Part shown: positions 50,701 through 61,000 of the stretch, piece by piece
Numbering within the stretch: the stretch's first letter is position 1
Layout of the letters: each line of letters opens with the position of its first letter
Assembly (NCBI GenBank): GCA_977016875.1
Contig: CDRNST010000011.1
Location: 1,426,001 to 1,490,000, forward strand
DNA from: Pavona decussata
Taxonomy: Eukaryota
Length of the DNA: 64,000 nt
Direction of reading: 5' to 3'
The notes under the pieces: model-generated
Told to the model about the DNA's origin: nothing
What the model saw: the letters and a program-made list of their open reading frames with translations, nothing else
Database searches by the model: none
Program-made: the position numbers and the translations under genes

Positions 50701-53700
50701 TGCTGTTCTTTTTCTCTCTTGTTTTTTCACTGGTAAAGATACATACCAAGTGTTACTCACTGCGGAGGAACCAGAGGGTGAGATCGGACATTGCCATATA
50801 GAAGGCGCCTCTGTCTGGCTGCCGCCTCAGTCCATACATGATCTCACCCCACCCACCCAGACCAATGATGGCTCTAGTCAGATAGACCATGGCACCTGGA
50901 ACTCTACACCCCACTCTTTTCGAACAGTGCCGTGGGTTCTTTAACATCCCACAGATTATTATTAGAAACAAGTGTTGTAAGACGGGACCTACGGTTTATC
51001 GTCCTTATCCGAGAAGACTAGAAAGTCTAACCATTTGCAGATGTCATTACAAAGGCAGCACTTTCTCCTCCATTATTTAAAGACCCCGAGTGTTGGTCCG
51101 GCTGGGGTTTGAACCCACGACCGCCCGCACGGTAGTCCGGTACTCTACCAACTGAGCTAACTGGTCGACGGAAACATTGCTCCATGTTTTATGGGTTGCT
51201 TTTGTTGTGTGATAAAATGGAAATATTGCCCATATTGATAGGTTTTTATTGCAAAGAAAGCACAAAGCAGTGAATAAACCATTGGAGCAATGTTTCCTGA
51301 AGGAATTCAAAGCCACATGCAAAAACCTTGGTGAATGTGAGCTAGAACTGTCACAACAAAAAACGATCTGAAATGCACTAAACTAAAAGGTAATGAAGTG
51401 AGCTCTTGTGGCAAGGTGTACAACCTGTAATAAAAATATTTTGTATTATCATAATTTTATTACCATTTTTCATTAAAAGCTAATTTCCACTCTCACTGTC
51501 CCACTTAGCAGCTGTTTTACAACGAGAGTGGAAATTAGCTTTTAATGATTTTTTTTTAACCTGGGTATATTTCAGGGTGAGCTTATTGTTGGTGATCAAA
51601 GTGGTGCAATTCACATGTGGGACCTGAAGACAGATCACAACGAACAGCTGGTAAGTGAATTCACTGCCTCATTGAATACTGAATCATTGAGGTTTTCACT
51701 GAAGGTGCAAAGAAACTATTAACAGGAAAGTTTTTAAAGATCTTAGGTCATGTTTTTTTGGTCTGTTCTGGAATGAGAAAGGATTGGATGTGAATGATTC
51801 AAATGACAGGAATATAAAAGAATAATGATTAAAAAAGACAAAAAAAAAAAAAACTACCGTTCTGAAAAAGGAATGAAAACTTGTTAATTCTGTTCTTTCT
51901 GCCCCAAGGAAAAGAATTACTTGTATGAGATTCTAAGGATTCTGGAATGAAAATACTTAGTTATTAATAATAAATACTGTGCTAAAATGTCATTCAAAGT
52001 ATTCTCGTTTAAGATGGTTTAAAAAAACCTACACTTGATCTGATTACACTGTATTCAAATGCTATGGCTATGAAGCAATTAAACTGGAAAGCCATTCCTA
52101 TACCAGATGGAAAACCATTAATAATAAACAGAAATAACCGCGATAATGTTTAAATTATGGTATTAATTAAAGTTGTATAAAGGGCAATGAATTGTACAAA
52201 AGAAATAAGATAACTATTTTGAAATAATATTTAGTATTGTGAGATGACTGGGGGTAAAACTGCCTCATGCTGAGTAAACGTACATGTATGCAAATAATGA
52301 ATCTTTATTTTTATATATTTTCTTATAATTTATGCATGTACATGGTGCACAATAATAAAAGAAGATATTTGCCTTGTATTATCTGGCTGTCATTTGTGAG
52401 AAAGCATCCTTTCCTTTCCTTGTGAACAGAAATGTAGAGCAGCAAAGCCCTATGCGCTGTCAGGCAAACAATTTCTTATCCTTGAAATTTCTCCTGAAAT
52501 CATTGCTAGATGTGGGAAAGAAGGGCCAGCATCACTATGGTTTTGGAATAAACTGAGCTCACAAGCAAAAATGAAGCAATTCCTAGAGCAAAGAAACAAA
52601 CAAGCAAACAAACAAAATAATCTGAAATTTGACTTAAGACAGGCCTGCCAGTATGAGTATTTGTGTGTTGTCTAGATTCCAGAGTCAGATGCTTCCATCT
52701 TATCCATCAGTATTGACAGAGAGGCATCCTACATGGCAGCCGTCAATAATCAGGTATTTAGAAACAATAACAAATCATTGAAGTTTGGTGCAGTGTCCAC
52801 AAATTGTGTGAAGGTTAGATGAAGGTCATGCAAGAAGAATATTGAAATTTTTAAAATTAATTGATCTTTACACAAGCATTATCATTTCAAAAAAAAGAAA
52901 GAAAGAAAGAGAGAAAAAAGGTGAATTGCCTGGTCTGGAGCTCAAATGGGGACCGGGAATGGGATTAATCAGAAATCTGAGTCGTCACAAGAAAGATCAC
53001 ATTAAAATTAGTCTGTTTACCAAGTTTGAGGTTCCGTTGTTAGATTGCAACCATGTAGAGGGCTTTAAAAAATTGGAAAAAATTAGGGACTTTGTATGGA
53101 TTTGGGGGGACGCCATCTCAAAATTAGAGACATTTGTATGGAATTTGGGTGACCTTTGACAGGTCACAGCATGATTACTATGCAATGAAACAACCAAACT
53201 TGGTAAAATAACTAATTTTGAGGTGATATTTCTGGCGGTGGGGTTCATTTCTTCATATGACACAATTTGAACAACGTGTAAACTCTTCCTTTGTTTGTGC
53301 CCTCTTAACCTCATTGTTAAGCGGAATTTTAATATATCGAAAGGAGCCTATTGTAGCATTTTCCAGATGCTCAGGCTTTTGTTTTAAAGTATAATTTCTT
53401 AATATGTTAACTTTTTGTTTTCCATTGCTGTGTTTTCTGAAGGGTAATTGCTATGTATGGAGCTTAACTGGAGGCACCAAAGATGATCCAACTGTCCTGC
53501 ACCCCAGGACAAAAATCCCTCGGGCACATAAAAGAGCAGCCTTGAAGTGCTTGTTTAGTCCAGACTCCTGGTAAGTACACTTTACTGCATGATGGAACTT
53601 TGGAAGTAAATTCCCACTCTCGTGAACCTACAACCAGTGATAACAAGACCAGGGCTAGTAACCTTGTATTCAAAGAACTGCTATCATGTCAATTTTTTTT

Positions 53701-55030
53701 GTTTTTTTTGGTGCTGTTAAGTTTTGCAATGTGTCCCAAGAATTTTGGGTCAGAAATGTAACTTTCCATGGCTCTCCTATAGCTCAGTGCATCAGTAGAG
53801 CAACTGACCAACATGTGGAAGGTTATGGGTGGGACCTCTCCTGTTGTGGACTTGGATTTTCTTTCCTTGCTGTCCTGTGTTCCTGATCAGCTTAAAACAG
53901 TTTCCTGTTTTATTTTAAATTAATCTTGTTGTTTGCAGCTTCTTAGCCACAGCATCTGCTGACACTACAGTCAACATATGGCAGACAGCTGACTTCTCAC
54001 TTAAAAAGACTCTGAAAGAAGCCAATCAGAGATGGGTGTGGGACTGTGCATTCTCTGAAGACTCACAGTATCTCATCACAGGTGTGAAAAAACTTAAGAC
54101 AATGATGTGTTACTACATGTAACTTGGAAAGGTCTTTTAACAACTTGACAGTATGGGAGTGAGTCTTCTAATGTCAATAATATCAAACACCACTATTATA
54201 GGTCTGTAATGGGGTGTGTGAACAGTCAGTCCGAAAAATAAATCACAAAACTAGTTACATAATTCTTAACCCTTTAATCCCTAAGAGTGCCATTTGGCAC
54301 ATAAGGCCACAACTCTGTCAATATTTGACAGATTTCTATGAATTTTTCACACCAAGATGGTCTTGTGAAGATCTACTCATTAAAAGGATAAAAACTTAAC
54401 CCCCTCCCATATGTGATATGGTTGACCACCTCCATAACTTTTCAACTTTTTTCCCCTAGAAGTTGTGGGTCTTAAGACATCTCTCACATTAATGAAGATG
54501 TTGAGACCTGCAAAATAAGCTATAGTTTAGGGATATACCTAATATACACAAGGATTGGGATGTTTTTGAAGTTTTAAATTTATACATTTTAAGGCCATTT
54601 ATCTCAAAGCCATAACTTTTCTCATTCATAATTATATCAGTTATAAAATACACTCATGAGTAGCTTTAAAATGGTATATTATACATAGACATCGAGTTTG
54701 TAAACTTGGATCTGGAGAAAATGTCGTTTTGCCTTAGGGGTTAAAGGGTTAAATGTTAACTAGCTGTACACCAAAATAGAGCTAATCTGGAGCAATTTGC
54801 ATTTCATATTGAAAATTTCAATATGAAACTGTCCACTTGTGTAGATGTTTTTGATTGAGTCCATCATTGCTTAGCTTACATTATTTTATTCACCACTTTT
54901 CATGTCATCAGCATCATCTGACAACATGGCACGTTTATGGAATCTGGATCAGGGAGAGGTTGTTCGTGAATACAGTGGACATCAGAAGGCTGTGGTGGCT
55001 CTTGCTTTCAGAGATGCACACGCTGTGTAA
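46444..55030 (+). CDS. MLST8: Target of rapamycin complex subunit LST8 (WD40), 10 exons, 318 aa
   Basis: Exons 46444-46566, 46988-47039, 48756-48805, 49937-50049, 50431-50506, 51576-51650, 52676-52753, 53443-53570, 53939-54081, 54912-55030 (957 nt). Motifs [72 protein letters not shown] near 55570 and 55649. Confidence 0.97.
46567..46987 (+). other. U12-type (minor spliceosome) GT-AG intron, mLST8 intron 1
   Basis: Donor GTATCCTTT; branch site TTCTTTAAC about 11 nt before the acceptor; no long polypyrimidine tract. Confidence 0.9.
47051..47951. mobile_element. Foldback-type MITE (about 230-bp arms) interrupted by a second MITE
   Basis: tatcacggttttcgac ... gtcgaaaaccgtgata; the arms are near-perfect reverse complements once the insert is removed. 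Confidence 0.9.
47407..47798. mobile_element. Nested Kolobok-like MITE
   Basis: ttaa|ggacagtgcctacta ... tagtaggcaccgtcc|tcaa (TTAA duplication with one mismatch). Confidence 0.85.
50720..51170 (-). mobile_element. Near full-length tRNA-derived SINE
   Basis: Minus strand has tagctcagttggtagag (A box) and ggttcaaacc (B box), followed by about 350 nt of non-tRNA body. Confidence 0.8.
54270..54748. mobile_element. piggyBac-like MITE
   Basis: ttaa|ccctttaatccctaag ... cttaggggttaaaggg|ttaa. Confidence 0.85.
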
Positions 55031-56682
55031 TCAACAAACGATTAGAGAGAATTTATTGTACATTACAACCAGTGGACATAGAAATGAATGTTTTACCTTG
55101 GCATATGGACACACTGGTGACTGACTGGATAGAGCTTACACTTCTTCCTAGTAGTGTTCAAGATATTTTATTTACATGTAAGACAGACCAGTGTGGAATT
55201 TCAGTAAGGGTCAAGAGATGTGGGATATGCTTTTAACCCTTTATGCTCCAGTATCAACCTCAATATTCCCCTCGCAGTTCTCCTTTATGGTACTACATCT
55301 ATTTGGGAGAATTTTTTTCAAGAACAAGACATCTTTTCCTTGCCAAGTTTTTTAAACCAAGTTTGAGTTACATTACTTGAAAAGATCTTATACCAGCCTA
55401 ATACTGGTATTAACTGAAGGCTATCTCTAACAAATATACTCACTACACCAAGTTTGTGTGACAAAACAGAATTTCTGGCCCCAGTCAAAAAAAGTAAAAA
55501 TTATGTACAAACAAACAAATGCTGTTAGAGTAGTTGGTTTGAACAAAACAAATGTAACAAATTTGTCTTAATAAATTAACTGTTATTTCAGTTTCTAGAA
55601 TATCCATGTCCCCAAGGCTGTTCTCTCTTTGACCCTTTTTATGTTCTCAATAAAACTGAGCCAAAAATGTGGAAATGTCGAGTACAAAGTGCCAACTGAA
55701 CTCAACATCGCTTCTCTTAATTTTGTCTTCATTTGATTACTTTTGAAAAGGGATACATGTATATAGATTCATTTAGGAAGAAGAAAAACCTATGGGACTA
55801 TATCAAGCTAGTAAGGAAAGATAGGGAGAGCTTACTATCACATTTTTATTGGTAAAAACTAGAACATTATGACTCCAAATAAGATTATTTGAAATGAACA
55901 ATTAAATCCAGCTTTTTGTTATAGATACTAATAATCTTTTTTTGAAATAAAATCTGCGGTGTTGACATGTGTACAGAAGTACTCTGTTGCCACTGTTGTT
56001 GTTTAGAGTGATATTCAGTTTAACTCCTTGAGTTGCACTGGGATGCAAGGACTCTTGGCTGCACCAGCATGACTCCATCGCTGTATTCTTTTGCATAACA
56101 GGTCCAGGAGGAGTACTCCCAGGTTCTATTTCTCAAAACACCTGAAGAGTTTTTGAGACCAAAAAGTATTTTTTAATACTCCATTTTGCCGTTGTGTGCT
56201 TTGTGACCTGGGCATTGAATGGAAGCGAGGTTGGAGTTGACTTTGTTTCGATACAGACCTTGATACTTTTCAATGGAAATACAAACTAGTTAACATAAGA
56301 AATATGAAAAGTATGAAAAACAGTCAACACAGCCTTGCTTTCACTCAAACGTCCAGGTCACTTGGCACACAATTGTACTAAATGGGCTATTATGTTTTCT
56401 AATGATGGTGGTAGTCGCATTTTTTATGCAACTTTTCCCATTGTGCTCTTAATCTTGTAAAATGTTCGGTGTTTTACCTTAAAAAAAAAGAATTTCTGCT
56501 AATTAAAATTTGCATAGAAAAAAGCTTGCTGGCCAAGTGTATGCCTGATCTTGAATTGTTGTTGAGTTGTGAATGAAGCCAAATTTCATGCCCCAAAGTA
56601 CCCACGCCTTTTACATATCTGAACAAAAGTGTTTTGTTTAGTCCATTGTTGATTATTCATGTAATCCTGCCCATCTCCTAAT

Positions 56683-56885
56683 TGGCTTGATTGGCTTACT
56701 CAGTTGGTAGAGAGCACTCTACCAGCATGGCAGAAGTCATGGGCTTGAATCTTGTTCAAGCCTGAATTTTTTTCAGGCCTTCTTTTTGCAGCTGCTTTAC
56801 CTGTGTATTAAATAACTGCGAGGGTCTTTCTTCTATTTAATATTTCACTGGCGGTTCAAATATATGTTTCATGTATTCTTATTCA
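56683..56885 (+). mobile_element. Degenerate tRNA-headed repeat; related heads at about 44757-44860 and 53772-53885
   Basis: ctcagttggtagag..gtcatgggcttgaatc..gcctgaattttttcaggc. Confidence 0.55.
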
Positions 56886-58009
56886 TTAATTCAAGCATTA
56901 TAAGTTATACTGATAGCAAAGTTTTACTTAGCCCATCCTTCTCCAAGGGAAAAAAAACCTACCTACTCTCCAAGCCTGAAAAGATACCAATGAAGACAAT
57001 AAACAAGAATTCCTTTCACCTGACCCATGAGAGATTTATAGAACAATGGGGTTATGCCCCCTTGGGGCTACACTGTGTTTTTTGGTGGGGTGTATTGCTG
57101 ATACTCTGAATACCAGACCTATGAATCAGATCATCTTCAACTGCAACTTTGTAATCAACTCTAATCCAAACCAGATGCCTAAATTCCTAACTTATCCCAG
57201 ACTTGCTGTTTTCCAGAAGAGGCATACCTTCAGTTCATACCACTGATCATTTCCATGATAAACAATTCCCTATTCTTCACCAAAATTTACTTCTGTAAAA
57301 CGACTCTAATCCTGGGAGGGGAAGTCGGGGATAAATGTGCACAGCTAGAGCCTAAATCTTGCCTTGCATTTGCCCTTCGCTGGCCATTCCTGAAATTCTA
57401 ACAGCGGTATTGCATGTCACAGGTATAATGATTCAAAGACCCTTATCCAGTGGAAGAAAGGTATAAATTTGGGATATACACGAGTAAAAAACTCGTCCAT
57501 CCAAACCCCTACTCTTCCGCTTGATTCCCCTTCCCACCCCTCCCTATGTGCTTGCGACAATAGCCTCGTCTTGATGTATGGGCCGGGCAGGAAGAAGGGG
57601 GCACAGCTATCGCAATCTGACGAGAATTTAACTGGTTTGGGCACCGTTTTTTTAATACGTCCTTGAAATCGTCGAAATTTCTTCTAAAGGCAGAGTCACC
57701 TCCATAATTCTTTCTATCTTGTGGCAAGGCAGGTTGTTCTCCTCGCAAGTCGAGATCTGAAGTCTTATTCTCGCTCACAAGGAAAGCCTGGCAGAATTTC
57801 ACTTGTCATGGATCTCTGGCGCAGATGCCGTAGATAACGTCCACGTTGCCTGCATTCCTTGGATCTGACGGCGTAAAAAGACTGTCATCACTCTGTTACG
57901 TGCGACATATTTATTTGAACATCCCTCGAAATGTGTTTCTTTCAATTTAGATGGCGTTGATGACGACCGACCGTTCATAACGACAGAAACGAAAATCGTA
58001 TTAGTAGAG

Positions 58010-61000
58010 ATGGTAAGCTATGGATTCTTCAATCAAGCATAACTTGTCTACTATCTCGCCTTTAAGCTTTTTTCAGTCAACTCACTTAAAAGTTATGAAT
58101 GACTTCATATTCTAACCAGCGAGATGATTTTATTGACGCGTTCGCGTGTTGAGGAGTGTTCCGACTTTTCTTATCCATGTAAGGGTATAATTATTTTGGG
58201 TACATGTTCTTGACAAAAATCAGAAATAGTTAGGACATACCCCTGGTGCGAGAAGCAATTCCACTGTATGAAGACCATTTCACTTTTAAAGTGTAGTGGA
58301 ATATATTTTCATATGTAGATATTAATATATAAATAGCATTTTTTATAACATTTATCATTAATTATTTTTAATTTTGCATGATTATATTGTTACGGCCCCA
58401 CTGAAAAATGCTACGGCAAGTTGGGCTCCCTTGTTTAATTATTATTATTATTATTATTATTATTAGAAACTGCATCATTGTATAATGCAATTCCACAGAT
58501 TAGATTGGCTTAGCAGCCATGGTATATGAGCCATTATACCATGCCCAAGAAATAGCGGCCATTAAGTTGTCTTCTGGTGGTTTTCCAAAAGCGAAATCAG
58601 CAAGATCTAGCAATATTTCTTTATTGTTTTTAATAAAACAATTATTCCACTTGCGCTTGTTGGATATGAGATGATTATGGCCAACTCGGCGCTACACGCC
58701 TCGTTGGCTATCTATCATCTCATCCCAGGGGCTCCACTTACATATTTTAATGACGGAGGGGTCTGAAGGATTTTTTTGGGTCTGACATTTTGGCCAAAAG
58801 GGATTTTTTTTGGGTCTATGAAAGATGCCAGGATTTTTTTGGGTCGCAGAAACAACACAGGGATTTTTTTGGGTATTGTATTTTTCATCAGCTCAAGTCA
58901 ACAATAACGTAAGTGCAATTTACTGCTTGTGTGGTATTAGGGGATATTTCTGAGATTGTGATCTATTTGAAAAGTAATTACCGGCACTCCACGCGCATCT
59001 AATCAAGAGAGAAATATGGTGAAAAGTCTGATGCCACGAGGTCTGTTACATTGGGATGTTCCGGTACAATAGCAAGCAAAGAATGTGCTAAGGACAAGAC
59101 ATGCTGTAGATGTCATAACGAATATCTTCCTGTAAAGTTGTCGCAGAAGATAGGATTAAGAGACACTATAACAGTCATGCAAGCTTTTTGTATTTGTTTT
59201 TGACCAAAAACAAAGTTGAAGTTGGCATATTTTAGCTTTCCAGAAGATAAATAATAAAATTTGCTGATGCAAAAACACTGAGGGACTTTTTGGGTATGCC
59301 AAAAAAAGTAGGGATTTTATTGGGTAGACAAATTCTGAAGTTAGGATTTTTTTTTTGGTATAAAATATGAACCTCTGTCGGACCTTCCCCCCCCGTCATT
59401 AAAATATGTGAGTGGGGCCCCTGGGCATCTCATATCCAACGCGTGCTCATGGAATAATTGTTAATTATAACTATTACAATAGCTGCCAAAATTTCCGCGT
59501 ACTGATTAGCTATTGTCTATAACAGTATAGGCAATAAAAGTAATGCCAGACGTAATGTGCGTGTTTTCTCAAGAGAAACTAAAGTCAATTCTGCTTATGC
59601 TTTTTTCCATGTTATTGTAAAAAAAACAAATCTATGGCAGTTTTCCATGGTTTATACTCTAATAGACCATAAAAATTAATGCCATAAAATGTTCAAAACT
59701 TGGCAGTGAAACGACTTGCCTGTTGCTCATGGTTCCACTTGAGTTTTAAACATCGTATGACGTCATTTTATGGTCTACTTAACAATTAGATTATGAGCTT
59801 GAAATTTTTATTGCGTGATAGCTGATAAGGGCGAAGCCTGAATCAACTATTAGGTATAGAAACTGAGAGCGAATAATGTCAGTAATTGTTTTAGTATCAA
59901 TCTACTAGTCGTTCAAAACTTAACAAGACAGGTTCACGTTTTTGTTGAATAATGATACAAATAGGGCATGCTATGCGCTACTCACTCTACTCACTATCTA
60001 TAACAGATTAGTATAAATCTACTAGTGTTCTATCACGAATGCCGTTCTCTGATTGGCTACGCTACTCGCTATCTATTCTGTGATAGATAGTGAGTAGCGA
60101 TTTTCAACAAAATGGCGGCCGCTTCTTTGCGTTTTCGAAGTGTCTGCGATGAGGAAATAGATAATTTACTTGTTTAGTTTTGAACAACTAGTAGATTTAT
60201 ACTAAAACAATTAGATTATTCGCTCTCGATTTCTATGCGTGATAGTTGATGAGGGCGAAATCACGCGATAGAAATCTCGAGCTCATAATCTAATTGTTAA
60301 ATAGAGAACAGCATTAGTGATAGAAGGTTGGTAGATTTATACTAAAAGAGTATGGACCACAAAACACCGTTGTCAATTTGTTAAATAGATGTCAAAAAAA
60401 AACTGGAAATGGGAGAGGAGTTCATGGATGAACCCATGAAAAGGGTTTATGTTAGGGTTAGGGTTAGGGTTAAGTGGGGGTTGGGGTCATACATGAACTC
60501 CTAACTGGAAATGGGTGTGTGGTGGTTTCCCTGTGCCATTATTTTGTAAAGGAATCTAGACCTCCTCAAGCAAACCAATAAATGCCTTACGGCAGGGGAA
60601 CAAGCTGTTCAGATATCCCATGGTACAGCTAGCTACATGTATACAGTAATGTTCAATAATTTTTTAAGACATTTAATGTGGCTGTTATGTTAAGTGAGTA
60701 TTAAAATAATGGTCATTCAAAGACCATTATTTTAATACCATCTCACCAACTTTTGGTCAAATTTTATTTCGTACCCTGACTTGTCCTGTAATAATATTAA
60801 CATTCATTTGCAACTTTGTTCTTATTGTAAGTTATTTGTGTCTCAGTCTTCAGATACAGCATCTCTTCATGCCTTGGAGCTGCTTATGAATGAATTCTTT
60901 GATGCTTCTACCAACAACCATCGCAAGAGAGAAATAGGTACAGTGTAATAAATATTATGCTGCTTGCACTTGAATATATAAGGAGAATGTTATTGGAAGT

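Noticed and set aside
51085-51170. tRNA gene candidates (also near 41405, 44757, 53772, 56690)
   Set aside because: A and B boxes are present, but I could not see a clean cloverleaf and each runs into a SINE-like body.
57509-57895. Selenoprotein by UGA read-through (..GICARDP*QVKFC..) or telomerase RNA
   Set aside because: No in-frame ATG upstream of the UGA, no CxxU motif, no SECIS recognised, and no CCCTAA template in the block.
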